A stretch of DNA of 64,000 nt, from positions 9,092 to 73,091 of the forward strand of contig ADNK01001148.1 in NCBI GenBank assembly GCA_000320545.1, read 5' to 3'. The translations under genes and the position numbers were made by a program. Positions 15,703 through 30,000 of this stretch are shown piece after piece (within the stretch, counting starts at the first letter, position 1; each line of letters opens with the position of its first letter). A model generated the notes under the pieces. It made no database searches. It worked only from the letters and a program-made list of their open reading frames with translations, and was not told where the DNA came from. Source of the DNA: Bigelowiella natans CCMP2755 (taxonomy: Eukaryota; Protista; Cercozoa).

Positions 15703-16361
15703 CAAACATATTCATTTATTACCGCAAATAGGCATTAAGAGAAAGGTTGCAAGGTTGATAATAAACGTATAAAGAATGGTGGGCAGGAGGGAATCAGCCC
15801 ACACGTCCAAGAATAATATTGGAATTGCAAATTGCCACATCCTAAGAGATCGAAACATGACACGAAAGCCAGTGTTTGTAGTATTCATCACAGATCCATG
15901 ATAGTCGGAAAATTAATGGTGTACGAGGAACAATGTTTAATCGTAGCATGTGTTCTAAATAGTGTCGCAGAGAAATGCCGAGCAGCAGTTTCACCTCCCG
16001 TTACACTCGACGTTATGTGATAGTAGCTGGCGTTAATACACGAGCTATCGACGCTATAGCAAGGGCAAAGCATAAAAGGAAAAAGAAGATTCTTTCTCAC
16101 CGATCTCCAAAAGCTGAAATAAATTCAGTCGCATAGATATAATAGGAAAGAGCTCCGATTTCAGTCTTCGGCCCCCCGTCCTCGCCTTGACTCTATCGTC
16201 AAACACACACTCACTCGCCAATCGCTTCAAAGGGGATGGGTGTGATAAGCTATTCTTTCACGAAAACAAAAGTGCATAACTAAGGCATTTATATCTTCGC
16301 GAGTTCGCGCTTGAAAGAAAACAGTCATCTGCATGAGCGCTGGAACCTTATGGTCCTCCAT
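10261..16361 (-). CDS. FPN1: Ferroportin (SLC40A1/IREG family) iron exporter, ~18 exons; first and last exons approximate
   Basis: Spliced exons give ferroportin motifs in the correct order: YIYATEFISAFGDR|MWQFAIPILFLDVWADSLLP...G|SYVDTAPRL; GTIALEKDWVPIM...LSSRLRMIDLSCKFLGP; GYNILTVL|PECVCVLLVYQATPRLA; GWNTYVKHPMFLASFSFTLLYAT|VLSPG; GAIFGMLGTYLFP; VFDLAENQL; GQFMGVQRALTNLF; LGLIFHRPNQFYILCYAS|VFFVLLSAIGYTIWF. Confidence 0.87.
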
Positions 16362-18714
16362 TGTCTACGTGTACGAAGCTTCGTCGATGCAGCTTTCAGA
16401 ACTGAAGGTTATCAGATTTTGTCTCAAATTTCATAATTTGACTTGTATTTTGCAGCTGCGACATCCTTGATATCGGGTAATTTTGAGAAATCCCACATTT
16501 AGTCCAACAGCTCTCTCCATCTCCCTCTCATGGCATGTCGGCCTGAGGCCTTTTTAAAGTGTGCGACAACACAAATTACTTCGAAAAACACTTTATTCCC
16601 CGACAAAATCGAAGAGACGCGTGAATTTTTGAATTTTTGAAATTTCAGGACACATGGTGGAATGGATGTGCTTTCGTAAATCGTAATCCTGGCGATCCCC
16701 ATTGTGTTCGGTTGGAATGGAGGGGGGAGCAGGTACAGGGGAGAAGGGAATTGACTAGAGGCGAGAAAGACAAAAATATTTGATCGACGGACAGACAAAG
16801 CGGGTAATGCAATATTGTGAACATGCTACCCACCATTCTGTCAAATGATTGTGAAGAAGCCTTCTTCTTCATTATCTTCTTCTTCTTCTTCTTCTTCTTC
16901 TTCTTCTTCCTCCTCCTCCTCCTCCTCCTCCATGCAAGCATCACCATTGACTACCACTCCGCTGTTGCTTTTTGTCATGGTTCTTTCTTTTTACGTGCGC
17001 CAATCCCGATTAAAAGCCATGTGAATGTGTGTGTGTGTGGACACGTAAATACTTCTTGTTCTTCTCGCGCACATGTCTCGACACATGAATACACGTACAG
17101 TCAAGCAAGGCCTTGTGACCAACCGGCATAATGCCACTGGCCTGCATGCATGATCGAACGACATGCAGGACCGATATGACGACACATGTATCGTATGCCT
17201 TCATGCAGCATCTTTTAGCAGTGTTATGCATAGCAGAGCATCGTACCTGCCCTGGGCTACAACTCTACTAGCTGCCACACACGACTATGTCGTATACCTG
17301 CTGATGCTGCGTGTGCGCGGTGACAGCATTTGCATTCGATTTATTTGCGTACGATGGAATGCTATGGCGACAGCTCGACAGATCCATTCATCAGACACGC
17401 ATGCGTGCATGGTTGTGCTTCGGTTGTGGAACCCCCTTTTTGCCTTTGAGCTCATTTGCGTGAGTTTGTCTCATTTCGCTGCTAGCGCAAGATCTGGCAT
17501 TTCGCAGCTTCATCATCTACAATTCTCGCACATACATCAGATTTTCCGTCACATACATTGACTTATTCGCACGCGAATTCGCACAGTCTAGATGCGCCGA
17601 TTCAGCAATGATTCAACAATATTTACATGCCAGCAAAATGCAAGCGAAGGAAGGCTAGAAGGGGAACAAATCGTGTGCGGGACCGAGGAGTATTGATTTA
17701 TTTAGGAAAGTATCCGCATGTAGATCAGTTGGATAGACAGGACTGTCAATTCTAGAACTCGAAACAAAGTGCGTTTTGAATTCTCAATTATTCCTTCCCG
17801 GCCTCTTGGGCGTCGATGCCCAACGACTATGGTCAAAACAAAGACGGCAATAGACTAATCTCGCTGCTTCTTCTTCGATACCCTTAGGAGTCCGATGTGC
17901 ACCGATTTGGGAGGTGGGTTCATTTCCTTGTACGCCTCTAAATCAAAGTGGAAACTGCCAGGTGTGGTGGGTGGGAACGCATAGCAAATGCCAGAATTAA
18001 TTGATATTTGGCATCATCAGAGGCACGTGGTGAATGTGAAGCAGCCCAATCTCGCAGCAGCGACCAACAAATATTCAGGGAAAATGGGAGAATGTGTTTC
18101 AACAATTGCATAACAAATGGCGTTCTCTTCTACGATGTCCCCCCCCCCCCCCCCCCCACACACACAGACTCTACCCTTTCCAAAGGAGTGAATCTAATGA
18201 TTGAACACTTCCCGGATCATCGTTGGAACCGTTACGGCTGTCGCTTTGCATTTCTGCTTCTCCTTTTTCTTCTTCCTCTTCTATTTCTTCTTCTTCTTCT
18301 TTTAGTTTATCGTCTTTCTCTTTTAGCTCAACGTCTTCCTCTTCCACTCCTTTATGCCTTCTCGTAGATTTTGTACTGTAAATGCGATTTTTATACACAT
18401 CCTGGCCAAAAACCCAAAAAGACAATGTCAGCCCACACAGATGCATGCTCGTGCGCGGTCGGAAATACACATGACAGCAGGTGCGGTGAAAAATTAACGG
18501 ACGTATATCTATACTTCGTAATTCGTTCCCAGAGATCACTTGATAAATGTGCGTGCTAATGTGAAATCAAGGCTATTGTTTCTTCCGACGGGGTATTGTG
18601 GTAAGAGAAAGAAGCATGTTGTTGGTTGTCATGCTATGTATTTGCTTTTATAATGCTACAACCTGGACCCTATTTATCGTTATGACAGATGCAACAGCCT
18701 GCAATATGTACATA

Positions 18715-18745
<31 letters not shown>

Positions 18746-18839
18746 AATGTCTGATCTAATGTACAAATGAGTTGGTATGCGTGTGTATTTTGATAGATCA
18801 AATGAATAGCCAGTATTCTTCTTGGTAATGGTTGCTCGA

Positions 18840-18925
18840 TTTACCAGAGCTGGGCAGGCTGAAAAAGGTCTTTTGGAATCTAATCTGCAGTAATCAAAGA
18901 TCATTTGTTATATGTTTGAATAAAC

Positions 18926-18972
<47 letters not shown>

Positions 18973-19030
18973 TCTCGCTCTATTTATATCTTTCCTTGTG
19001 CTCTATATATTACATTTAGAGAAAAATTGA

Positions 19031-19073
<43 letters not shown>

Positions 19074-19716
19074 TTAAAATTTCGATACGAAGAACAGTTT
19101 TACCCTAACTGAACAACTGCCTTATTCCCATTGACCTACACAGCATATGCAATCATTTCCCCCTTATGAGCATAGGAAAATACACACAAAACGTAACCAT
19201 TCTCTGAACAAAATAATATGAAGAACATACCGCCATTTGATGACAATAATACCAACGCAAATCTACTGCAATCGCGTAGCTCTATAACAACGCACTTCTA
19301 AGTGATTTGGATGGTCAAATGCCAGCCTATTTGCCCCATCCGTTTGGCCTTCCACAGCACATTCTTTAAGTCTTTTCAATATTGCCATGGCGTCGTTGCC
19401 TATTGTCGGGTATTATCAGGAACGTAAATTGTGTATATGCTATTCCCTTCCCCCCCCAAACACACTTAAGTGCACACACTAACACATACACAACACAGTA
19501 AGAGGAGGAAGATAGAGAGGCCCTTATATCCCCCCTTACCTCGATATACGCCGCCGCATAAGTTCCAGGGGTAGTTCCTGTTAGTAATTCGTTTGAAAAA
19601 AAAATCCGCAGCTTTGATGGATTGAACGAGGAGGGGAGGGGTTACGTTTGAAGTAGAAGATTGAGTCTATGTTTTCATGTCCTGCTACATTATCACATGC
19701 CATGTAGTCCATAAAC

Positions 19717-19759
<43 letters not shown>

Positions 19760-19896
19760 TATAAAAGTTATATCATTAATTGTCACTGCTCGGTAAGAAA
19801 ATGAAAGGTGAGAAAGCTACCAATCTTCGCTTCCAAGGCATCTCCGAAACACCACAGACGATGGAAGCAGGCCCTAGAACAGCATCAATTTGCAGG

Positions 19897-19946
<50 letters not shown>

Positions 19947-20099
19947 GAACTATTCATCGCTTCATGCTAGTCATAGGAGAGCACGAGCAATGAGCCCTTT
20001 TCTCACGACGATTTCTATTTATCACTGAAAGTAATGTGGTTGTGTGCCTCTACCGTCTTCGGACAGTGTTGTTGATCCTCGGTCTTTGTGCTCATCATT

Positions 20100-20135
<36 letters not shown>

Positions 20136-20304
20136 GCCTCCGGAGACGAATTAGACTTTGGTTCAACGTTCCAGGCGCGCTACATGACGGGAGGGGAGGC
20201 GGTGTAGATGAGGGGAAGCGAGGGAGGAACTATTCAAGAAAACGAAGGAGGACTTTGCGCGTGCGTTGTCGTAGGAAAAGTATATGTGAATGAGAAAGCT
20301 TGTA

Positions 20305-20347
<43 letters not shown>

Positions 20348-20472
20348 CTTATTGACTCACAAGATCAGAGGGCGCTATTGCAGGTTTATCACTTGGGTGG
20401 CAGTAGGTAATTCCAGGATGCAAGTTGAGCTGATATGCTAGGACCTGTGCATCATACATACCACCAACATTT

Positions 20473-20504
<32 letters not shown>

Positions 20505-20866
20505 TGCACACACATGCACACATATGCACACACATGCACATCAACTCCCTCCCACATTCCAAATGAGATATCATCGCATAAACCATCCTGAGCAAGCGCT
20601 ATGTGCATCAGGTACACCACCTCGGGATTCCTCATAATAGCCTTGATGTCCTCGAAGGAGAACGGGCGATAAAATAACTGAGGATCGAACGACGAAGGGC
20701 ATCCTCAAATTTCAGATAGATAAAGGCTTGATCACGATAACAAATACTAGGAAGAATGGAGCTCAACAATGTCGTGACATGGCAAACAACACAGAGTGAA
20801 AGGCGGTGATGATGGCTGCTAGATACCGGCAATACGAATGCACATGCGGAGACGAAGAACAACACA

Positions 20867-20903
<37 letters not shown>

Positions 20904-21503
20904 AGAGAGAGATATGGAATAGTGTCCTAGGCTATGTAACTGACCATATCGTCCACCAAAAAGCAGATCAAATCGTTTGAATGGGTTTGAACCTGTGACA
21001 ATAATTTTATGTACTAATAATGTTAATTTAAATATACGGAAAACATATCGAAGAAGCTCAATCTCACCACTTCGTGGAGATTCTTTGCGAAATCGCCTTT
21101 CCCTGACGATACAATCATGATATGTAAATACGTATAGGCTCATATAATAGATGCTACTACACGTGTTGGCATTACTTTGGTCGTAGAGGAACTTTGTCTC
21201 TGAATACATTTCCTAGGCATAAAATAACTGATGTGAGTGGCAGAGGAAGAGAAGGGGGGGTGAGGGAACAAGAGAAGGGGTACCTGAACTTTATCATATG
21301 ACTTCACAAACCTACCAATCCAACACAAAACGCAGGATGAATCAATATTGAATAAGGCCATAGGAACATAGGTTGCAGCAACGCTAATCGTTGTTCTGAT
21401 GTGGTGAATACCGCTCTCCGGGGTGACAAAGAACGTATATCTGAGAACATAACATCTAGAGTTATCATCTAAAAATGAAGAATAATGCGTAAAGTGCGAA
21501 AGT

Positions 21504-21551
<48 letters not shown>

Positions 21552-22260
21552 AATTCAGAGATTGAAAAAGAGGAAGTGGCCGACCTTTTTAAATTTTCCA
21601 CATGTGCTATTCTTTAGGATGCTTCGAAGGCACTCCTGAAACATTATTTTCACAACCCAACTGGAAAAAATTGTTTGCTCGATGTAGAAATCAAGCTTGG
21701 AAGAAAACATCGACGAATGTAGCTTAGTGGGGGCGGATGAGGCACCTGCAGTTGAAACGCCCTGTCTTTCGTCATAACCACCGCAATAACATCGGTGTCA
21801 TCAGATGTTGTTTCAGCTTTAGATTTCTCATTCCCCTCGCCTCGAAGAATATAAACGCAAGGATTACAGTGAATCGGCCATATCGAATTGAGGAAGCTAT
21901 TGTTCGAGTGTGCTCATACGTCTGTTAATCTGCATTCTGCTGCACTAATCGCCTTCATGCTTCGATACCATGGGCTTCAGGGGCAGATTTTTTACTTTTC
22001 GCCTCGTCGTCCCCCTCATTTGAATCCGGATTTTGCTTCTCCTCCAGAGCCTTGCCGAGAATTTTCAGCTTCTGCAATGGAAATCGTAACATTCATATCA
22101 CTTTAGGTCTCCAAAAACCCCACTCTACCGCGGAATATTCGAAACCTCTTCGTTAACAACAACGTGGTTGGAAAGTATACGAGGTTTTCCACAAGATATA
22201 TATGAGCGCCGCGAGCCATTCCCAAACTTACAGACCAGATGCAGGGGGAGGGAATCCATC
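18840..22260 (-). CDS. Possible multi-exon gene of unknown function
   Basis: Many short AG/GT-bounded open segments, e.g. FVKSYDKVQ, EMYSETKFLYDQ, LFYRPFSFEDIKAIMRNPE, DGLCDDISFGMWEGVD, and a poly-Gln exon at ~20052-20179. Phases not fully resolved. Confidence 0.3.
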
Positions 22261-22425
22261 CTCGGCAGGCTCCCTTTTGAGAAGGAAGAACCGGTCAAAA
22301 AAATTACGATGTATCGACGATAAAAACTATTAGCTACAGTTTCTGTGCAAAAGAGATTCATTACACTAAAAAGACAAGGAAAATTTCATGTCGAAGGAGG
22401 TAAATTCGAGGCTGTTCGAACTGAG

Positions 22426-22430
22426 AAAAA
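22426..22430 (-). terminator. RNA polymerase III terminator (T5) of the tRNA
   Basis: TTTTT on the minus strand, 3 nt after the tRNA discriminator base. Confidence 0.6.
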
Positions 22431-22433
22431 GTA

Positions 22434-22515
22434 TACCACCGGCAAGGTTCGAACTTGCGCCTCCGAAGAGACTAGAACTTGAGTCTAGCGTGTTAGACCA
22501 CTCCACCACGGTGGC
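22434..22515 (-). tRNA. trnL(CAA): tRNA-Leu(CAA), intronless, long variable arm
   Basis: GCCACCG/CGGTGGT acceptor stem, D-loop GAGTGGTCTAA, anticodon arm CTAGA-CTCAAGT-TCTAG, variable arm TCTC-TTCG-GAGG, T-loop GTTCGAAC. Confidence 0.96.
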
Positions 22516-22781
22516 AAGTGGTTTCATGTTCGGCTATGTAAATTCAAATTTACTCACATTGTCGCATATTTTCCATATATTATGATGAGTGTATCCTTTT
22601 CATACCCTCCTGGATTGCGGGGAAAGAGGATGCGACATGAAAAAATAGCATAATTCTGAGTAGAATGTAGGACAAAATCGTGAAATTGGAGTCCGAGAAT
22701 CCTCTAGATGTTCTGAACTTATTCGTGGGAAAAACCAAGCAGCTGTGCAACTCCAACGATCTCGTACTACCATCGGAAGAG

Positions 22782-25714
22782 ATGAGCACCCACTCGACAA
22801 TGGTGCTGCCGCTGCCGCCGCAACTCATAATCTTCGCGCTTGCAGCCTTTGCCGCCGCACATACTCTTGGGTTCCTACCGAAGTCTCTGTCGCCCAAAGG
22901 TTTGGTTCTCAGAGGAGCGAGAGGAGACCCGCATTCTTTGCCGAAATGCAGCCTACGTGTTCGCCACTCCTCGTGCATGATTATCGAAGACCCTTATTGT
23001 TGCTATTTTCTCAGCTCTTGTGCTTGCGCTGCTTACGGTTTATAAAGCGTTCCATCGCTTCCAACTTCGCATGCGCGGCATTACAGAAGACGATGTTGCG
23101 TATAGACGCGTCGTTACGGGTCAATCTTGGGAAGAATTTTGCGATACGCTCAAAGCAGCAGGCACAGCGGTAGTTTTCCCTCTAGTTTTTCCCTCTGTGG
23201 GAATCCCTCATTCCTACTTCTCTTTCAACTTTTCCTGCCGTTGGTTTTTATTCAACTACAGCCTTTCCCCTATCTGAAAGAAACCTCAGACGACTAAGAT
23301 GAAATTCACGTATAGGCCCACTTCGATTAACACGCATGTTGTCTCCCTCTACCGACAGGTAATCGGACACAACTCGCCTAAAGACCCGCTGAATCAGGCT
23401 GAAGTAATGCCTTCGGTTGTGACAAACGCATGACATCCTCAACACAGTGTGGACCACATTAGGGATATCGATATCTGGCCCGCTTGACTCGGGTGGCGTT
23501 GGAGAACTTCCTTGAATGTGCGGATCCTCTCTCTCCGCAACTCGTAGCGCTGGCAAATGGAAATCGTAAAATCCGAACTGCAATTTCCCCGCCATTCCCC
23601 CGTTTGATTTCGCACCTCTCGCAGTCGTTTGAGAGCGATATTCCAGAGCCCGTTTTGTAACAACAGCAACATGCGTTTAACAATGCAGGGCAGTGTCGGG
23701 TGTGCATTGGCTCTGACAATCCTGATAATCTATATCAAGTAATAACACGTGGGGGGGGGGGGGGGGGGGGGGGTACACTGATGAGATGTGTGAGTGCTGC
23801 CAATGACTGCCTGTCGTTGAAATCATCCTTCCGTCTACATAACCTTTCTTAATTCGTCGTCGTCATAACAACCACCACCATCGTAGCTATCAGCAAGTTA
23901 TTGATGTCTGGTATTGTCATGGAAGCATAGCGAAGATGATAGCGCGATCTTATCATTATTATTATTATAATTATTATAATTATTATTATTATTATTATTG
24001 CTCTGACAGAACGCCGTGATTGATTCAAGAAGGACATATCGTGTGCGTGGCAGTAGAGGCACTGTCAACTACTTGGGCTTTGGAGTTCAGGTAGTAGTAA
24101 TAGTAGTAGTAGCGACGTTACTAATAACGCATTTGCTTGTCTCCTCAACTTCCATCAGTTGTAGTTGGCATTAGTCGTTGTCATGGCCATTCATTGTTAT
24201 CCCCGTTGTTGGTGCTGTCTCCCCTCCTTTCTTGTTCTCTTCGTTCTTCTTCTCGTGGATTTACAATCGCACAAAAACAGAGTGGGTCTTACGGTGCTCC
24301 GGGAGGGCTGAGGACAGTCGATTACAAAGAAGCGAGTGAGTTGAAGATGCAGCCTCATGCAAAAGGCAAGGACGCTGGTAATGCTGCTAGTGGTAAGATT
24401 TTGTGTGATGAGATATGGATGGCCATTATGGCGGAATCATTCGATTCTTGTCTATATAATGATCCTCAGCAAGATCTTAATCATCATTATCATCATCATC
24501 ATTATCATCATCATCGTCGTCATCGTCGTCGTCGTCATCAACGACTCCACCACCATTATATATCACCCCAGCTCTTGCTTTTATACTCAGGCTCATCTCC
24601 ATCTTCATCATTATCGTCATCATCATCATCATCCTCCTCATCACCAACCATTGAGATCTACATCGTCCCTGAGGGAGAACACCCTCCTCCAGGCATTCCA
24701 ACCACTAATATACTTCGTTCGAGGCCCCAGCTCAGCGAGGAAGGGCTTTTCATAGTAAGCAGCAGCACTCTGATAGAGCCAATGCATGAATAGCGTATTT
24801 CTTGGTAGTTTTTATGTATTGAAGGTCAGTTGTTGTCATAACACGATGACAACAACGACAAGAAGATTGGCAGAAAGGAGAGAACTCTCTACCAACACAA
24901 TCATCATCACCACCACCACCACCATACCATTACCATCATCGTCGCCATCGTCACCACCAACGCCGCCGTGATTCATTACAGGTGAGACAGACATTTGCTC
25001 GTCGATCGAAGGAGCTTCCCGCGGAATTATCCATTGAAGTAGTGTCTCCCAAGGGCGATACCGCGTCGTCGCCACCGCGAGCATCGCCATCACTATCACC
25101 ATCAAATCGTGCACGGGAGAGGAAAGTGCCAGCAGCTGAGAAAGAAGCAGACTCCGGACTAGTCCCCATTCGAAAATTCACTCCAAAGGGTTGTCTTTGC
25201 CAGTAGTAGCAGCAGCAAGAGGAGGAGGAGGAGGAGGAGGAGGAGGACAAATGTTTTCCTTCATCATTTTCTTATTATTATTATTCATCTTGTTGTTGTT
25301 GTTGTTGTTGTTGTTGTTGCTTGTGGCGTGTGGTACACACAGCTTTAGACGCAGGCCTATCAAAGGCTGGCCTTCTCGTCGCCGGGGCGTCCAACATGTT
25401 CTCGAGATGGGCTTCGGGATTTAAGTCTAACCACGTCAACAAACTGCCGCTGTTTGACCAGAAAACATCTGACAGCGTCGGTGGAGATCCGAATATCCGC
25501 TACTACCACAGCTACTGGGAGATTGGTGAAGATGAGGTATGCTTACACACACACACACACACACACATACACATACACGCAGAAAGAGAGAGAGAGGGAA
25601 AGTGAGAGAGCGAGAGAGTATTCGTAGCTAGGAAGAGAGAATACGGATAGCTACAATTGTCTCGGAATACAAAACATATCCACAGATCTATATTTAGATG
25701 ATCTCTCTCCGCCC

Positions 25715-25748
<34 letters not shown>

Positions 25749-26862
25749 GCTGCAGGCGCTCGTCATCGATGCCAAGCCTCCTAAATGCCAAACGTGGAAC
25801 TTCCAGGTAGGAAGAGGAAGAAGGGGAGGAGGAGGAGGAGGAGGGGGAGGGGGGGGGGGGGGGGGATGAGAATATATTATTAGATATATAAGGTTGTCGC
25901 ACGTATAATGATAAGATTGAGATGGGTCGGCGTCTATAGCGCGTGTGCATGTTATTGAGTATATTCATCGTACCAAATCACAACCCAGTTGAAAGAATTG
26001 AGTGGAAACATGTACGCATTGATTGACACATCATCGTTGCTTCCCTCCACCTCTTCTGGCTCTTCTTCTTCATCTTCATCTTCATCATCTAATCGCCGTG
26101 ACTCTGCAGCTCAATAACCATTGGATGGAGTCGCTGGATTATCGATTTCACAACATCCACACCAACAAGTTTCTTGCAAGGTCCTAGAGGTGTGTGTGTG
26201 TGTGTTTTATGTAATCCCATTGCGAAGTAAACGTTGCCATCGTCCTCACCATTATCATCACATCGTAGGTATCGTAAGGACGGATCTGTAAGAGTCATTG
26301 TTTCACACAGGTAGGCCTCGATTCTGGTCCTGCTGATAGCGGTGTGAAATCGCTCCCGTACTCATGTGGCCCACGCATGTATGCTCTGCAAATGTCAAAG
26401 CGGGGTGATATTCTCCGCGACTTGAGTGAGGGGTGATTCTGGTGCGCGTCGTGCCACTGTCGTATCTGTCGTCATCATTTGTAAATGCAGAAGGCCGCAA
26501 GGTTCGTCTTCTTCTTCGCGTTCTCCTTCTTCCGGTGACTTAGAGGAGGGTTTCAATTGGCTATCGACTGTCGGTCACCATTGTGGGACTATGTGCTGGA
26601 GATGGGTAAGTAGTCTAGCCATATGTGAAGAGGATCATTCCTCTTTGCCTCTTACTGCCGCGAGTACGAGGAGTAGTAGTAGTTGTGGTTTCAGCCTTGA
26701 TGGTGTTGTTTTGAGAGCTTCCAACAGAGTCATGAATAGCCACTTTGGTAATAACATAACAACTGTTTTTTTTCCAAGGTGAAGCCAGAGGTGCCTGATG
26801 CTGCTCTTCCCCATCCCACTGCGAAGTTGGTTCGATTCTCTCAGTTGGCGGTGATGGAGTGA
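22782..26862 (+). CDS. DUF1214-type protein of a mainly bacterial family, spliced, with N-terminal hydrophobic leader
   Basis: Exons read SWEEFCDTLKAAG...PKDPLNQAE|GYRYLARLTRVALENFLECADP...IGSDNPDNLYQ|NAVIDSRRTYRVRGSRGTVNYLGFGVQ...VRQTF...GGDPNIRYYHSYWEIGEDE|ALVIDAKPPKCQTWNFQ|LNNHWMESLDYRFHNIHTNK...NWLSTVGHHCGTMCWRW|VKPEVP...ME*. GT-AG introns. Confidence 0.8.
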
Positions 26863-26944
26863 TAAGTAATGACACTTCGACTATTATAGCCATATTTGCA
26901 TCGTATGTCTGCTTAGAAGAACATACGATATTGAGCACTGCTAA

Positions 26945-26987
<43 letters not shown>

Positions 26988-27099
26988 TTATGTATTTATA
27001 TATATGCGAGATGGATGTAGTGATGTGATTAAATATTTTCAACAGTCATCCTAATGCAGCTATGTAAAGCCGCGGCTCAGCGCCTATATTGTAGTTGTT

Positions 27100-30000
27100 T
27101 GTTTTCTGCTGTTTTACGTGCTTCAAAATGCAAAGGCATCTATGCTAGCATCTTCCATCACCTCACAACAAGATAGATTCTTGTTCATTGAACATGGTGC
27201 CGTGGATGATCACAAGTCATGTTGGATTTCGTCGATCATGCTCATCCACAGTGAATCCGATGATGCTCATTCATGGATGTAGCGCTGTCGTTGATGAAGC
27301 ATCTGCCGACTACCATCTGGATTTTTAGATTGTTTTTGTGCTCAACAAGTGGTTCATTTTGATTGTATGATGGCTCGTCAGCCATTCATGATCATGGCCG
27401 TGAAAATTTGAAATTGAAATGCAAAATTCATTGCAAAATCAGTTGCACAACCAGCTAGCCAGGTCGAACCTGCAACGAATTTTGTGTTTGAGCAGGCGCG
27501 CAAGCTTTTGAAGGCGATTCACATTTGAAGCTTCGACGTGCAGTGAGAAAGTGAGCATGTGTGTTCGCGCACGAACAAGCGGGGATTTTTCGTGCACATG
27601 TGTGGTCGTCAGTGCATGCGCGCACGCAGGATCACATGCGCTTGCACATTCAAAATGCCGCTGTGGCGCTGCACATTGCGTGTAACTCTCATCAAACTTC
27701 GCTCTTGCTAGCTAACGCTGCATTTTCGGCAGCAACAGCATTTTTGGCCAGGGACACGTTGTTGGTCGTTTTTTGCGGCCAAAATTTGGATTTTGACGCT
27801 CGGCCAAGCTAGCCAAGTTGCAGATGCGTTCTGTGATCACGTTGATCAATCCGAAGCGCTGCGCGCACGCGTGCAACTCACCTTCTGCTCTGCAGCCAAC
27901 GCAACGTTGCCGGGTTTGACCTGCTAGCTTGGTCGTTGCATGGATGCAAAGCTAGAAAGTGCATTTTGAAGCTGCTTGCTGCAAACCAGCATGGTGTTAG
28001 CTGCACAACTCGCTCAGAAGCACAACATTGAATCGTGACAATGCATGCAAGTGAATCGCGCAAATCGGAGATCAAGATGGTTGGGTTCATGTTTCCACAG
28101 TTTTCACGTGAACATGAATGAAAGCAACAGCAATGAAATCGGATTTCCAGCATGATTTGATGACAATTTGATCCAGGATGCGTGAGCTACCGCTGACACA
28201 TTGCATGCCAGCATGCACAAAAAAATTTCCGTTTTCAAGCTGCGGTGCATGATGACGTGATTGATCACCGTGGAATTGCGGACAACTTGATCACACCACC
28301 TCATCGGCACATCACGCTCGTCATGAATGTGCATGTTGTGCAAATGGAGCAAAAAGTTCACATGTGCGCATGTGTGCAAGGGTTCATCAGCTTGCATTGC
28401 ACAAATCACCGAGCCACGCTCTTCAAACATCAATCTGCGATCGAAAGGACAGCAAACAATGAAACCCAATTTGCCAAAACCGTGATCAATCTGGATTTTC
28501 ATCATCAACAACTTCCGCACATGTTTGGGGAGCGGACGGATCCTCTTTGCTTCCAAATCCGAGTGTGTTCGACATGACTCGTTTTGCAGTGAACATTCGC
28601 GCCTTCTCACTCTGATCTTTTGTCCCTGCTGTCACAGCACTTCCTGCTCCATGATCTTTTGCCTCTGTTTGCACAACACTTTCTGTCACAACAGGAGTTC
28701 CGTTGCCGTTTGCCGGTGGATCACTTGCAGCAGACCACCAGCAAAAGCAGCAAGGGCACTGATCCTCGCAATGAGTGTCTCTTTCGGATTCATCACAAAT
28801 CCAGCAGCAGCACCAGAGCCACCCGCAGAACTCGTCGCTGCAGCAGCAACAATCGCCACAATCAATGACATCACTGAAGAAGAGGGAAAACGAAAGCATG
28901 GTCATGACGAGAGAAATGCAGAGGATGGAGATGCCCCATTCTTCGAACACCCATCATTGACGCGACAACTCATCCAAGCACGCAGTTTGATTGGAGCTGG
29001 GGGTGCTCCTGGGAAAAATGGGGCCTGGCTCCCCTCTTTGCATGGAAAGAAGCAGCTGCAATGCGCTGTTCCTCCTTCTTGTTCTTCTCATGTTTTCCGC
29101 CGAATGGTGGGAGTTCATTTGGATCATTTGAATTCCATGAATTGAGGCTTGCAAATGCAGGCGTAGCAGCAGCACCATGAATCACGCATTGGATGATGAT
29201 GTTGCACGACGTTCCTTCATGCTGATCCATTGCATCCATCAGGTGGCTACATCGACGGAAACAGAATGTCACATTGCCTCCAAAAAAGGCAACAATTTGA
29301 AGAAGGTTCTCTCAAGATCGCGCTTCCCTCTCGGTCGTCATCAGTCGGTTTGTGTCGTCGTCATTGCGCGATCCAGTCCAGCAGTGTGGCAGCAAATCAG
29401 CTTTCGCTGTCATTCAAATTTCTCTGCAATTTCGCATTCTGGCATCGCAGCGCGTGCCAGCACATGCTGGCGTGACTGGAATGCTGGAATGCACTGACGG
29501 AAAGCATGATGCACGCGCTCAGTTTGTCAGCTGCAACGTGGATGTCTTGATGAGCTTTCAGTGGCTTCGCTTGCTAGCGTCTAGAGCGTGCTCTCTCTGG
29601 CTCTCTGAATCAGCTGTTGACAGGGAGATGCTTTCCAACTGTTGCTTGGAACGGTCGGTCTTGCTTTTCAATGAATCTGAATGTGTGGAATGTTCCATGC
29701 ACTCTTTTTTTCTGTCTTTGCTCTTTCCAGTGTCAATGACAATGCACTGGTGGGACATTGCATGGAGCCTGTCTCGAACAACAACCACGCCGTCCAACTA
29801 GATGCTGAGAAATGACGCGGATGATGAGGCCATGTCTGTGCGTCCATCGCGAGCTTCCAGAGCGTGACAATCTGTCGTGTGGTCGGTCGCGGTCTCGCGG
29901 GACGGGCAGACGGTCGTTTCGGGGTCAGTGGACAAGACCATCAGAGTGTGGGACATCAAATCCCCAGGGGGGGGAACATGCACCAAGACGCTCACGGGGC

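Larger units (their letters stand above)
1040..27005. repeat. Dense intronic and intergenic microsatellites: (TA)n, (CA)n, (GA)n, (CAT)n, (TAG)n, poly-C/G
   Basis: Directly visible, e.g. (TA)n at ~11737-11810. They also occur in POR introns and E introns but are essentially absent from X and Y. Confidence 0.95.

Noticed and set aside
1128-21600. Numerous ORFs made of YIYI, VCVC, HTHT, ERER, poly-I/M/L
   Set aside because: Translations of intronic microsatellites.
27070-27081. 12-bp inverted match (CCGCGGCTCAGC) to 32990-33001 near the island's left edge
   Set aside because: Matches of this length are expected by chance in 64 kb, and the partner lies in an intron rather than at a terminus.
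28480-28960. Copia-type retrotransposon relic (EDPSAPQTCAEVVDDENPD resembles the EP-TY-EA motif before RT)
   Set aside because: No RT, RNase H or integrase motifs could be read next to it and no LTRs were seen. Needs an HMM search on TA-restored sequence.
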